The position numbers and the translations under genes were made by a program. Of a stretch of 64,000 bases of DNA, positions 10,096 to 20,107 are shown in pieces (positions within the stretch are counted from its first letter, which is position 1; each line of letters begins with the position of its first letter). The notes beneath the pieces were generated by a model. That model was not told the origin of the DNA. It saw only the letters and a list, made by a program, of their open reading frames with translations, and ran no database searches. This stretch comes from Endomicrobiales bacterium (GTDB taxonomy: Bacteria; Elusimicrobiota; Endomicrobiia; Endomicrobiales; JAFGIL01), in the NCBI GenBank assembly GCA_016929635.1, contig JAFGIL010000050.1:22067-86066 (forward strand), read 5' to 3'.

Positions 10096-10680
10096 ATGGA
10101 TAATCCCGTTGAAATTATGGCAAAAGGGCCTAATTTTTTCTATGCAAGAGAGTATATAAAAAAAGAATACGGGGAAAAGTTCTGGCAAAAAATGATTGGC
10201 AAACTCTCTGAAGCTGATGCTGACATCTGGAGAGGCATGATAGTAGTAGTAAATAAATATCCGTTTAGTGCGTTTAAGTCTATGTATTATGCTTTATCAG
10301 ATGAGTTGAATGTAAATAAGGATTTGGAAATATCCAAAATGTATGAATATATTGCGGACAGGAGCTTAAATCTTATATTTAAAATATTTTTTAAATTCTC
10401 ACACCCTTCATTTGTTATAAGCAATTACCCAAAGTTGTGGGAAAGATTTTTTACAGGGGGAGAGGTGACAGTGCCCGTTGCAGAAAAATCACATGCTATT
10501 GTTAAATTCATATTACCGGAGATTTTTATGGACTGGCTTAACCCAGCTTGTTTGGGATTTTCAAGAAAGGCTGTTGCTCTGGCAGGCGCTAAAAATCTTA
10601 TTATGAACCAAAAAAGCAAGAAGCGTATTAGTGATAATATATGGGAAATTGAATATGAACTAAATTGGTTTGAGAGATAA
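10096..10680 (+). CDS. hypothetical cytoplasmic protein
   Basis: ATG with an upstream AAGGA and coding-like composition. No motif recognised. Confidence 0.45.
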   Translation: MDNPVEIMAKGPNFFYAREYIKKEYGEKFWQKMIGKLSEADADIWRGMIVVVNKYPFSAFKSMYYALSDELNVNKDLEISKMYEYIADRSLNLIFKIFFKFSHPSFVISNYPKLWERFFTGGEVTVPVAEKSHAIVKFILPEIFMDWLNPACLGFSRKAVALAGAKNLIMNQKSKKRISDNIWEIEYELNWFER

Positions 10681-10697
10681 AGCATTATATAAAGTTG

Positions 10698-10726
10698 TTG
10701 ACTTGCTGTTTTTAAAGAGATAAAAT
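10698..10726 (+). promoter_or_regulatory. sigma70-like promoter: TTGACT, 17-nt spacer, TAAAAT
   Basis: TTGACT at 10698-10703 and TAAAAT at 10721-10726, about 70 nt upstream of the ATG at 10794. Confidence 0.5.
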
Positions 10727-10793
10727 TTATGTGTTAATCGGGGGCGTCCCTATTGCTTAAACAGATGTGACCTATATCTGTAGTGGAGGAAAG

Positions 10794-11420
10794 ATGAAGC
10801 CGTTTGTCTGTTCATTGGGAATAGTATTTTTATTTTCTTTTCTAGCAGGCGATTCATTGTTGCAGGCAAAAGAGCCTACCAAGCTTGAGATAGAGGCAAA
10901 TAAAAAAGGCCTGGAACCTTATATGGACTACCATCCTGAAATGGATTCCTTTCCGGTAGAAGTAGAAAAAAAAGAGAAGATGGAAATCACGCCCTTTCGA
11001 ATCCCTTTTTGGTCTGGCGATAAAGAGATGGTGAAACTGGCTGTGGCTGATTTTTCGGGCAAAAATGTTTCTGCTGCTGAGTCTTCCATTGCTTCTGATT
11101 TTATACGGTCAAATTTTATTAAAAATAAAAGTTGTAAAGTAGTAGAAAGAAGCAGCATGGACACATCGCTGCAAAAAGCCAAGTATAAGAAGAAAGGGTG
11201 TTCGGAGCCAGATTGCGGTGTTAAAATGGGCAAGATTCTTAATGTCGATCAGATAGTAGTTGGAAACATATCCAAGTTGGGGAAAACATATTTTATAACA
11301 GCAAACCTTATCGAGGTTAAAACAGGCAAAATACTGAAATCAGAAGAAGCAGAGGCAAACAACTCAAAAGAAATAAAATCAGCATGTGAATATCTGTCCC
11401 AAAAACTGTCTAAAAAGTAA
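10794..11420 (+). CDS. secreted protein with CsgG/LpoB-like domain
   Basis: Start moved to the ATG at 10794, after a GGAGGA RBS, with a signal peptide. VAVADFSGKNVS..SDFIRSNFIK...ILNVDQIVVGNISKLGKTYFITANLIEVKTGKIL resembles the CsgG/LpoB fold pattern. Confidence 0.45.
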   Translation: MKPFVCSLGIVFLFSFLAGDSLLQAKEPTKLEIEANKKGLEPYMDYHPEMDSFPVEVEKKEKMEITPFRIPFWSGDKEMVKLAVADFSGKNVSAAESSIASDFIRSNFIKNKSCKVVERSSMDTSLQKAKYKKKGCSEPDCGVKMGKILNVDQIVVGNISKLGKTYFITANLIEVKTGKILKSEEAEANNSKEIKSACEYLSQKLSKK

Positions 11421-11492
11421 ACACATTTAAGATTCCCATTTTGAAATAATTTTATGTACGCTTTATTAATAATATTTTTGGAGGATAAATAA

Positions 11493-12038
11493 ATGGCTTA
11501 TATTTTCCCTTTATTGGTAATTGCATTTGTTGTTTTTGTGATTCTGGTTTATAATAAACTGACTAAATACAGGATTGCGGCTGAAAATTCATGGAAACAG
11601 ATAGACGTTCAGCTTAAAAGGCGCTATGATTTAATACCCAACCTGGTTGAGACGGCAAAAGGTTATATGAAGCATGAACAGGATACCTTAACCAAGGTAA
11701 TGGAGGCGCGCAACAGAGGCATAGCTGCTAAAACTCCTGCCGAGGCAGGAAAAGCAGAAGGCGAGATATCTGGATTATTGAGGCAGTTATTTGCGGTTGT
11801 CGAAAACTATCCTGATTTAAAAGCAAACGAGAACATGTTGAGGCTCCAGGAAGAGCTTACATCAACCGAGAATAAGATTTCATATTCCCGCGCCCACTAT
11901 AATGATGTTGTTGCCAACTACACATATTTAAAGCAGCAGTTCCCTTCAAATATTGTTGCTTCGTTTTTCAACTTCCCGGTAAAGGAATATTTTGAAATCC
12001 GGGGTGCGGAAAGGGAAGCGCCAAAAGTTAAATTTTAA
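11493..12038 (+). CDS. lemA: LemA family protein
   Basis: N-terminal TM helix. NSWKQIDVQLKRRYDLIPNLVETAKGYMKHEQ..L..V..AR and ENYPDLKANENM..LQEELT.TENKI...R..YN is the LemA signature. Confidence 0.85.
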   Translation: MAYIFPLLVIAFVVFVILVYNKLTKYRIAAENSWKQIDVQLKRRYDLIPNLVETAKGYMKHEQDTLTKVMEARNRGIAAKTPAEAGKAEGEISGLLRQLFAVVENYPDLKANENMLRLQEELTSTENKISYSRAHYNDVVANYTYLKQQFPSNIVASFFNFPVKEYFEIRGAEREAPKVKF

Positions 12039-13669
12039 TGTTCTATAGCCTTCCAGCAGAAACATACATAGAAATTCAGGAAGCATCCAAAAAAAAGACC
12101 ACACTTCTTTTGGTCTTTCTTTTTTTGCTATATTTCTTGACTTTTTACCTGATAACAGAGTTCACTCTCTTTTTCCTGCCGTATCTTTTGAAAATATCCA
12201 TTAATCCGAGCCTTTTGGGGAAGATATCCTTTATTTTAATTGTTTCTTTTTTCATGACATACTTCCATTATCAGCACACCATAAATACTGTTATACCGCA
12301 ACTGCTGCAGCTTTTTAATATCGAAGCGGCGAATCCCAATGATGAATATCATAAAAGATTTTCAAACATAGTTACCGAGCTCAGCCAGGCAACAGGTATA
12401 TATAACGTTCGGCCCGGAATTATATCAACCACATCAACCAATGCCTTCAGTATGAGTAACGGCAAAAACTTTAACTTTGTCGTAATCACCGAAGGCCTGC
12501 TTGCAAGGTTAAACCGTTCCCAGCTGGAATCCGTTGTCGCACACGAGTTTTCCCATATCCTTCACGGTGACTCGCTGCTTGCAACCCTTATATGCTCACT
12601 GTTTGGGATATTCGAGCAGATATCCGAAACTTTGAAAAGCAACAGGGTGGGGGCGGTGTTTACAAAGATACGTTTTAAAAGAAGCTCGTCTTTTTACCTG
12701 TATTTCCTGATAATCAGAATTATATGCTCTGTTTCTGTGGCGATAAGCAGGGTTGCGTCCATTTTTATTTCACGACAGAGAGAAATTCTGGCCGATGCAA
12801 CGTCAGTGAAATTAACACGCAATCCGCTCGGGTTAGCCGAAGCGCTTTATAAAATATCGAAAAAATGGCGCGGAGAAGATTTTGTAGCAAAAGGTTTTGC
12901 TGCGCTGTTTATAATGAATCCGCATGTTATTGCGCTTGATGATGAGGAAAACTGGTTTGCGGACATGTTTTCCACACATCCGCCCATAAGAGAAAGGCTT
13001 AGGACTCTTTTAAGTCTCGCAAAAGAGGATATTTATTTACTGCAGCAGGAATTACATAAGCCGGAATATAAGGTTGTTGAGTCCAGGCAGTTATGGTGGA
13101 CTGTTAATGACGGCAAATGGCTGGGGCCTTTTACCTGCCAGCAGTTAAGCGCAGTATCAGGAATAATGCCGTTATCCTGGATATGCAAAGACGGAACAAG
13201 AGACCTCAAAAGGCTGAAAGACGAACCTGAACTGGAAAGCATTATCGCTAAACCCAAGCAGGAGCAATATAACGAAATGTTAAGCTGCCCCAGGTGTAAT
13301 CAGATGCTTATTAAAAGGACATTTGAGGGAACAAGCGTATATTTTTGCATGCATTGCAAAGGGCACCTTGTAAAGGAAAAGAATTTTATTAAGATTCTTG
13401 CACGCCATTATGAACCCTTATACAAAGAGATTATTAATGAGGTTGAAGCACTTAAGAAAAAAGCTTTAACATATAAAAAACAGGCAAAGACAGTGTATGA
13501 ACTGGACAGTTTCCCGTCTTCCAAATGCCCGAAATGCGGTAAATTGATGTCAAAATATTTTCATTCTTATATAACCTTTATAGTACTTGATAAATGCCAC
13601 AACTGCAAGTTAATCTGGTTTGATGAAAAAGAGCTGGAGTATATCAACAGCCTGGTAGCTGCAAAATAG
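12038..13669 (+). CDS. M48-family (HtpX-like) membrane metalloprotease fused to a GYF_2 domain and two TFIIB-type zinc ribbons
   Basis: TAATG coupling to lemA. Contains HEFSH (HEXXH) and a downstream STHPP motif. GYF-like WWTVNDGKWLGPFTCQQL. Two ribbons: CPRC..x..CMHC and CPKC..x..CHNC..IWFDEKELE. Confidence 0.75.
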   Translation: MFYSLPAETYIEIQEASKKKTTLLLVFLFLLYFLTFYLITEFTLFFLPYLLKISINPSLLGKISFILIVSFFMTYFHYQHTINTVIPQLLQLFNIEAANPNDEYHKRFSNIVTELSQATGIYNVRPGIISTTSTNAFSMSNGKNFNFVVITEGLLARLNRSQLESVVAHEFSHILHGDSLLATLICSLFGIFEQISETLKSNRVGAVFTKIRFKRSSSFYLYFLIIRIICSVSVAISRVASIFISRQREILADATSVKLTRNPLGLAEALYKISKKWRGEDFVAKGFAALFIMNPHVIALDDEENWFADMFSTHPPIRERLRTLLSLAKEDIYLLQQELHKPEYKVVESRQLWWTVNDGKWLGPFTCQQLSAVSGIMPLSWICKDGTRDLKRLKDEPELESIIAKPKQEQYNEMLSCPRCNQMLIKRTFEGTSVYFCMHCKGHLVKEKNFIKILARHYEPLYKEIINEVEALKKKALTYKKQAKTVYELDSFPSSKCPKCGKLMSKYFHSYITFIVLDKCHNCKLIWFDEKELEYINSLVAAK

Positions 13670-13746
13670 TGCACGCTTTGACGGAATTTGAAAAATTAAT
13701 TCTATTTTTATATCATTATATAAATTAAAAAAATGAGGAGGTTCCG

Positions 13747-14330
13747 ATGAGAAGGTTTTTCATGGTTTGCAGTATTGCTATTTTTGTTTTTTCAACAGCT
13801 GTTTTTGCTACGGATTTTGCCGTGTTTGACAATCATAAATCTATAGGAGTAAAAGTTATGAAGTTTGAAAATCCCGAAGTATCGTTTCGTAAATGGAAAG
13901 ATGATACGAGGGGAAGAGAATTCGTTTTTGGATGTTTTGGAGCACAATTCGGATTATCGGATTAAATGATAGCACTGAAGGTGGAGGGCCTGTTTTATCA
14001 AAATTACAATATGATTTTCTTTCGCGTTACGAGGTTGGAAATAACTTGTTTGTTGTAAGGGGATTTGGCGTTGATTTGTCAGCGAATATTTTTATGTATG
14101 AAACTGACGATGACACCGACCCTACAGATGCAGACGCGCATTTTTATATTCGTTTTCCATTCGGAGTTGAACACTTTTTTTCAAGCAAGTACCCGAATAT
14201 ATCGTATTCTTTACAGGGTGATTTTTACATAGGCGTTCAAATGGAAGCTACGAGCGTTCCGGATCAAGCTAAAATCAGTCCGCGTTTCGGGCTTAATCCC
14301 GGCATTTATTTCCGCGTTTACTATAAATAA
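13747..14330 (+). pseudogene. small outer-membrane beta-barrel-like protein split into two overlapping ORFs (frameshift or assembly error)
   Basis: ORF1 (13747-13965) supplies the signal peptide. ORF2 is open from 13905 to 14330 in another frame and ends in a barrel-like FRVYYK. Removing the 8 nt GGATTATC (13951-13958) fuses the two frames. Confidence 0.4.
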
Positions 14331-14380
14331 TATCATTTTTCTGACATATCTTGGAAAATTTCACCTACATCCAGAATAAA

Positions 14381-15391
14381 ATGAAACTTATAAAGAGGAC
14401 TATGCTGATACTGGGAAGTATTATTCTCAGTTTTAGTATTTCCATAGCATTATTGGAGTTAGTATTAAGATATAGAAAAGTTCTTGAATTGCAGCGGTAC
14501 TCTTCTGTATATAATTTCGGAGAATACGCTATAAAAAGATTTAAAATGTCAGAAAATCCTTTACTGGGATGGGAGCATGATCCTGAATGCAAAGTAGTGC
14601 ATTATAATTCTTTTGGCAATGTTGATAAAGAGTATTTACTTGAAAAATTCGGCAATATATACCGCATTTTAGTGTTAGGCGATTCATTAACTGAGGCTGG
14701 AATTTATGTTGATGCTTTGGAAGATATCTTGAATAAATCTAAATTGGATAAAATAATAGAAGTATGGAATTGCGGGGTTGGATGTTATGATATGAAAAAC
14801 TATTATTACTATCTCCTGGAAAAGGCCATGAAGTATGACCCGGACATGGTAATAATTGGATTATGTTTAAATGATTTTGTTGAATCCCCGATAGTTTTTT
14901 CTGAAAATAAGAAAGAATTTATTGCACTTTCCGGCAAATTCTGCAGATTGCGCTTTCCCATAAATAGAACTTTACTTTTAAATTCATATGCTTATAGATT
15001 TATAATTATTGCTATTGATGAGTTTATTTACAAAAATGATAAATCAGAAGACGTATGCAGTAATGAAGATATCTCAGAGTGGGCTTTTGATATGTTTGTA
15101 AATAAAATTAAGCAGGAGGATATCAGTTTTTTGGCGATATTAATCCCTTATTTCAAAAATGATTACAGTAAACATGAGCAATTGCAATATAATCGTATTT
15201 TAAAAGCGCTGGAAAAGAATAATATAGAATATCTGGATTTACATAATGCCTTCACTAACAGGGATGACACTGTTTGGCGGACAAAAGAATATCCCGAAGA
15301 CTTTGTCCATCCTTCTGCAGAGGGGCATCGTGTTATTGCAAAAAGTATACATAAGTATTTAATGGATAATTTGGATTACTGGTATCGGTAA
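14381..15391 (+). CDS. SGNH/GDSL-family hydrolase with N-terminal membrane anchor
   Basis: Start moved to the ATG at 14381. Block I LVLGDSLTE and block V DFVHPSAEGHRVIA. Confidence 0.7.
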   Translation: MKLIKRTMLILGSIILSFSISIALLELVLRYRKVLELQRYSSVYNFGEYAIKRFKMSENPLLGWEHDPECKVVHYNSFGNVDKEYLLEKFGNIYRILVLGDSLTEAGIYVDALEDILNKSKLDKIIEVWNCGVGCYDMKNYYYYLLEKAMKYDPDMVIIGLCLNDFVESPIVFSENKKEFIALSGKFCRLRFPINRTLLLNSYAYRFIIIAIDEFIYKNDKSEDVCSNEDISEWAFDMFVNKIKQEDISFLAILIPYFKNDYSKHEQLQYNRILKALEKNNIEYLDLHNAFTNRDDTVWRTKEYPEDFVHPSAEGHRVIAKSIHKYLMDNLDYWYR

Positions 15392-15458
15392 ATATATAGA
15401 TATTGATGTGAATTTTAAAATATTGACTAAGACTGGGGTGAAATGATATTATTTAAAT

Positions 15459-16154
15459 ATGCCTAGAACAGCAAGAGTAACAGTTGAAGGGTATCCTTAT
15501 CACATAATGCAGAGGGGGAACTACGGGCAGGATATTTTTAAAACTGACCAGGACAGGCATCAGTACCTTGCCTGGATAATCGAATACAGTTTAAAATACC
15601 ACTTACAAATACTCGCCTTTTGTTTGATGAATAATCATGTTCACTTCACAGCAATACCGCAAAAAAAAGACTCTCTTTCAAAGACATTTAACATGGCACA
15701 TATGAGATACTCCCAGTATGTAAACAATAAAAATAAGACAATGGGGCATTTGTGGCAGGGGCGTTTTTATTCATGTATGCTTGATAAGAAGCATCTATTG
15801 GCAGCGTCAAGATATGTAGAGAGAAATCCTGTAAGAGCGGGTTTGGCGAAAAGGCCGTGGGAATGGGAATGGTCCAGTGCTAATGTTCACATCCATGAAA
15901 TCAGCGATAAAAATAGTCGGTTTTTGAAACTTTTTGAATATGTTGATTTAACCCCTCAGCAGTGGAAAGGCTATATAAGTGAAAACGAAGATGACTTCTT
16001 TGTCGAACAGATAGAGAGGAATACAATTTCAGGCAGGCCCGTCGGCGACGCTGATTTCATAAAAAAGTTAAAGGATAAATTTGGAATAAAAATTGAGGAG
16101 CCTGTCAGGGGCAGGCCGAAAAAGACAAGAAAAACAGGTACCGCGCCTATTTAA
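15459..16154 (+). CDS. IS200/REP-associated (RayT-type) Y1 HUH transposase
   Basis: YPYHIMQRGNYGQDIF, HUH motif LMNNHVHF, WQGRFYSCMLD, and catalytic-Tyr region SRYVERNPVRAGL. Confidence 0.8.
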   Translation: MPRTARVTVEGYPYHIMQRGNYGQDIFKTDQDRHQYLAWIIEYSLKYHLQILAFCLMNNHVHFTAIPQKKDSLSKTFNMAHMRYSQYVNNKNKTMGHLWQGRFYSCMLDKKHLLAASRYVERNPVRAGLAKRPWEWEWSSANVHIHEISDKNSRFLKLFEYVDLTPQQWKGYISENEDDFFVEQIERNTISGRPVGDADFIKKLKDKFGIKIEEPVRGRPKKTRKTGTAPI

Positions 16155-16569
16155 TGAATTCTTTTATCTTTTTTTCTAATAAATTAAAGTCTATAGGCTT
16201 TGCAATAAGATATCTGGCGCCTGAGAGAAGAGATGCTTTTCTTGATACATCATCCACTAAAAATGCTGCTACATGAATTATAGGTATATGTTTAAGGTTT
16301 TCTAACGAATTTATCCAGCGGGCAAATTCAATTCCCTGGATGTCAGGCAGCATAATATCGAGCAGAATCAAATCCGGGATGTTGTTGTCCAGCCATTTTC
16401 TTGCCGAAACCCCGTCACCTTTTAGTTCATAGTCATACCCCAGGCTTTCAAGAAAAGTCGCCATGAGCTTCTGTATCGATTCGTCGTCATCTATAACCAG
16501 TATTTTCTTTTTTTGGACATCCGCCGTCTCTGCTTTTTTGACTTTTTCTTTTTTTCCCTTATTTTTCAT
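16147..16569 (-). CDS. single-domain response regulator
   Basis: ILVIDDDES, PDLILLDIMLPDIQG and AKPIDF. It overlaps the upstream HAMP gene by 11 nt. Confidence 0.8.
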   Translation of the reverse strand: MKNKGKKEKVKKAETADVQKKKILVIDDDESIQKLMATFLESLGYDYELKGDGVSARKWLDNNIPDLILLDIMLPDIQGIEFARWINSLENLKHIPIIHVAAFLVDDVSRKASLLSGARYLIAKPIDFNLLEKKIKEFIK

Positions 16570-17155
16570 TTTCGTCCTCTTTTTTCAAGTGGCTGTCCGT
16601 AGCTGCAAAATGTGAAGTCACAGCCAGAAGATAACTCTTGATCTCAATAAACCTTTTTGTAAGTGTCTCTATGGTTTTTGCCGAATGGTCTTCTCTTATC
16701 ATATCGTTGCATTCATTTATTTTTTTTACCGCCATAGAAACCAGTTTCCTGTCGCGGGTAATAAGCTTTTCCAAAACGCTGATTGTCTCGTTATACTCTC
16801 TTACAAAATCTTTTAACAGGTCTCCTCTTCTAATCTGGATATGATGAAAGTTCCCGGCCCTGATGTCATACAATGCCTTTTCTATTTTAATTATGGGCCC
16901 TGCAACTTTGTGCGACAGATATATGCCGATAATAAAGTTTATCCCTATTATAAAAAACAGGATACCGAATAGCGTGGCGAAAAAGTCAAAAACCATGGTG
17001 GTTTTCTGCCAGTTCGAGGCTATGTTTACAAGTTTGTACATGCCCCATCCGAAAAACGTGCCTTCAATGGTAACCGCAAGAATTATTATTATTACAAACC
17101 AGAACTGGAACTTTTCTTCTATTATATAATTGGTTCTGAAAGTGCTTATCTTCAT
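16559..17155 (-). CDS. 2-TM membrane protein with HAMP-like linker and no output domain
   Basis: Two hydrophobic helices, then KVAGPIIKIEKALYDIRAGNF...DLLKDFVREYNETISVLEKL. Confidence 0.5.
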   Translation of the reverse strand: MKISTFRTNYIIEEKFQFWFVIIIILAVTIEGTFFGWGMYKLVNIASNWQKTTMVFDFFATLFGILFFIIGINFIIGIYLSHKVAGPIIKIEKALYDIRAGNFHHIQIRRGDLLKDFVREYNETISVLEKLITRDRKLVSMAVKKINECNDMIREDHSAKTIETLTKRFIEIKSYLLAVTSHFAATDSHLKKEDENEK

Positions 17156-17172
17156 CTGTCTGTCTCCCGCTT

Positions 17173-18111
17173 CTACCTGTTTAATAGAATGATATCTACT
17201 GTCTCTATTGATTTGGGGGTTATCTTTCCTTCCTCCTGTACGGTTTCATCCGTACGGATTAACATTTTTTTCAGCTTAGAGGCTATTTCTTTTGAAGTTA
17301 TTTGTGCGATTTCCTGCTCTTTGCTGTTTACAACCACCTTAACAGGGAACGCAAAATATTTCTTTTTAATGATATCGGATGCTTCCTGAAGAAGCTCTTG
17401 TCCCAGATTGCTGAACTCCTGTTCTTTTAAAACTTCAGGGCGTTCGTCATACAGATTTTTTAAATTCAGGCTTATAGTATAACCGTTATCCTTTTGATGG
17501 GCAAAACCCATTATAACAAACGGATTTTCAACAGTTGTATGAAGTTGATTTTTTGTGTCGTAATACCGCAAAATAGTTGAATACGAATAGCCAACTTCTA
17601 TTATATCCCCGCTGCTGTTCCTTCCGTTAAAAACAATGCTTTCCGGGGGCAGTCCGCTCCCCGAGTATTCCTGAAACGTATTTCCCGAATCGTCTGCAAT
17701 GACAAACTCCCACCTGGCAAGCTTTTTTGCTTCTTTTTTATTTGGTTCCTTAAATATGGATTCCAGATCGCTAAGGGGGGAAAACACTTTTACTGTTTCG
17801 CTGTAAATATGGTGCGAGCGGGGTATGATTACCTGAGGGCTTTTCACGGTTTCCGGAAGTGAATCATAAGTCTGCTTTTCCCATCCCGTAGGTTTTTTTG
17901 TAAATATCTCGGTTTCTGTTACCAGGCTATCCATTAATTCCTTGTCCTGATCAATAGGTATATTAAGCGGAGGTTTGGTGCTTTCCAGCTCCAGTACTTC
18001 CTTGCCCTTTATAATAACATCCGGCAACTCTCCCTCACTGTCCGCACCTGATTGAAGGTCAAAACATATGAGAAGAGCGAAAACAAACATTAAAATACTG
18101 AATTTTTTCAT
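17173..18111 (-). CDS. secreted protein with one degenerate FlgD-Ig-like unit
   Basis: Signal peptide. WEFVIADDSGNTFQEYSGSGLPPESIVFNGRNSSGDIIEVGYSYSTIL follows the repeat pattern of the 1015-aa neighbour. Confidence 0.5.
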   Translation of the reverse strand: MKKFSILMFVFALLICFDLQSGADSEGELPDVIIKGKEVLELESTKPPLNIPIDQDKELMDSLVTETEIFTKKPTGWEKQTYDSLPETVKSPQVIIPRSHHIYSETVKVFSPLSDLESIFKEPNKKEAKKLARWEFVIADDSGNTFQEYSGSGLPPESIVFNGRNSSGDIIEVGYSYSTILRYYDTKNQLHTTVENPFVIMGFAHQKDNGYTISLNLKNLYDERPEVLKEQEFSNLGQELLQEASDIIKKKYFAFPVKVVVNSKEQEIAQITSKEIASKLKKMLIRTDETVQEEGKITPKSIETVDIILLNR

Positions 18112-18131
18112 TTTAAACTCCTGATATATAT

Positions 18132-19274
18132 CTACTGCAGAATGTATTTAAAAGTAACGAACCCCCATTGGTCTCCCTTGTTTTTTTCAATAGGATTGAA
18201 TACCCATTTTTTAATTGCCTCAACGGCAAGCCGGTCAAGCTTACTGTAACCGGAAGTGCGTTCTACGAATACTTTGTCTCTTATAAGGCCTTCGGGCGTA
18301 ACAAAAAACTTTATTACAACATTGGCTTCGATGTTTTTTGCCCGTGCCCAGTCCGGATAAACGGGAAGGTACGATTTGACTATTTTTCTCTCGCTGACAG
18401 GGCCAGCAATCTCAACGGATTTTTTACTGACCTTTGCTTCTTTTACCGTCCCTTCAGACGTGGTATAGGATTTCTTTGCAACCGGCGTAATTACGTTTAA
18501 ATCCTGCACTTCGGCTTTCTTTAATTTCTTAAGAGTTACTCCCTTGCTGTAGCCTATACTCCTTCTTTTTGTGTATCCCATGGTAGATTTCCCTGTTACG
18601 GGGCCCTTTTTACCCAAGGAAATTGATGATTCCTTTAATTGTGATGTCCCGGATACTTTTTTAGGGGATTCTATCTCTATATTTTTTATGTCCTTGAAAG
18701 ATGCTGAAGGAGATTTTTTGGCCAGGTTTATGGGTTTACCTGCATCGGGACTCTGAACGGCAACCTTGCCTACTTCGGAGATATCTATCTCCGGTTCATC
18801 AGGAGACTGCAAGGAAAGCTGTCCCGCACTTTTGCCTTGCGTTTCCGTATCAGGTACAATTTCGGACAATTGTGTCTCCGGGGTATAACGGTCTTTCTGG
18901 TCAAGATTTATCTCGGGCCTTGACTCTAAATCGACCCTTTTATCCAGGTCTATTTTCTGGGATTGATTAATATCTATTTTTTGCTCCATATCGGGTTCTG
19001 CTATTTCCCTAAGGCCCTCTTCTTTCTGGGGGAGAAACGCCATTTTTATAAAATCCAGGACGTTCTTCGGCGGGGCCTGTGCAGGAATCTCAAGCACGTC
19101 ATGTATCGGCACGTCCGCCTCTATTTCTATAAATTCTATATCCTCAAGCAGTATCATGTTTTCGTTCTGTATCCCCTTTAAGTGCAGGAATGATGCGTAT
19201 AATAGTAAATGAAATATAATCGAAATGATCATTGATACGCTTATATTTCTTTTATCATAAGTAATTGCGTACAT
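18132..19274 (-). CDS. TonB/TolA-like energy transducer
   Basis: N-terminal TM helix, a long charged and Pro-containing linker, and a TonB_C-like end: YPDWARAKNIEANVVIKFFVTPEGLI...LDRLAVEAIKKWVFNP. Confidence 0.75.
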   Translation of the reverse strand: MYAITYDKRNISVSMIISIIFHLLLYASFLHLKGIQNENMILLEDIEFIEIEADVPIHDVLEIPAQAPPKNVLDFIKMAFLPQKEEGLREIAEPDMEQKIDINQSQKIDLDKRVDLESRPEINLDQKDRYTPETQLSEIVPDTETQGKSAGQLSLQSPDEPEIDISEVGKVAVQSPDAGKPINLAKKSPSASFKDIKNIEIESPKKVSGTSQLKESSISLGKKGPVTGKSTMGYTKRRSIGYSKGVTLKKLKKAEVQDLNVITPVAKKSYTTSEGTVKEAKVSKKSVEIAGPVSERKIVKSYLPVYPDWARAKNIEANVVIKFFVTPEGLIRDKVFVERTSGYSKLDRLAVEAIKKWVFNPIEKNKGDQWGFVTFKYILQ

Positions 19275-19276
19275 AA

Positions 19277-19699
19277 TCAGCCTCTTTGTTTCTGTTTAAC
19301 CGCGATAGATACTGTTTTAGCCCCGCTTTGTTTGCATATCTGCATTGCATCTAAAAGCCATTTATTGAGTGCCTGCTGGTCTGCCCTGATAATTACGTAT
19401 TTCTCGCTGCTTTTTTTTAATTTCTGTTGCAGAGCATATGATACTTCGTTAAAACTTAGTATTAAGTCATTTACTGCCCACGCTCCGTCACTGGTGATTG
19501 ATATGGTTATATTTTCTCTTTCCTCGTCCTCTCCTGTATATGCTTTTGGAATCTCAACATTAAGTTCAGGTTCGACAAAAAGTGGAGCAGTTATCATGAA
19601 TACCATTACCAGGACAAGCGCTATTGCAACAAGAGGTGTTATCTCAAGTTCCGTTATTGTGGAGTCAGTAAACCTGTTCTGTAAATGAGATTCTGGCAT
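19277..19699 (-). CDS. ExbD/TolR family protein
   Basis: ITPLVAIALVLVMVFMITAPL TM helix plus a periplasmic domain, in an operon with an ExbB gene. Confidence 0.8.
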   Translation of the reverse strand: MPESHLQNRFTDSTITELEITPLVAIALVLVMVFMITAPLFVEPELNVEIPKAYTGEDEERENITISITSDGAWAVNDLILSFNEVSYALQQKLKKSSEKYVIIRADQQALNKWLLDAMQICKQSGAKTVSIAVKQKQRG

Positions 19700-19708
19700 A
19701 AAAATTTC

Positions 19709-20098
19709 CTATTTTTTTCTTAAGAGAGCCACTCTCTTGGCTCCCTCCTGACGCGCAATATCAAGAATGTTTACAATCTGCTTGACCTGATTAGTGGGCG
19801 AGGCAAGAAGCATCACCATCTTGTCTTTGCTTTTCGGTATGGCATTTTTCAGGGCTTGCGGCAGCTCATCCCACAAGACACTTTTTCCGTTAACCTTGAT
19901 TTCTCCTACAGCATTTAGATTTATGGTCACATTCTCATCCTGCGCAACCTTGCCTTTGCTTTCTCCCATTCTGGAGGAGGTTATGGTAATCCCGGTCTGC
20001 GCTATGAAAGGCGCGACTACCATAAATATAATAACCAGCGTAAGGGATACGTCGACTAACGAGGTTAAATTAATTTTATTTATAGAGTCATCCTGCAT
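19709..20098 (-). CDS. ExbD/TolR family protein (second copy)
   Basis: INLTSLVDVSLTLVIIFMVVAPF followed by an ExbD-type periplasmic domain. Confidence 0.8.
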   Translation of the reverse strand: MQDDSINKINLTSLVDVSLTLVIIFMVVAPFIAQTGITITSSRMGESKGKVAQDENVTINLNAVGEIKVNGKSVLWDELPQALKNAIPKSKDKMVMLLASPTNQVKQIVNILDIARQEGAKRVALLRKK

Positions 20099-20107
20099 AA
20101 ATAATCC

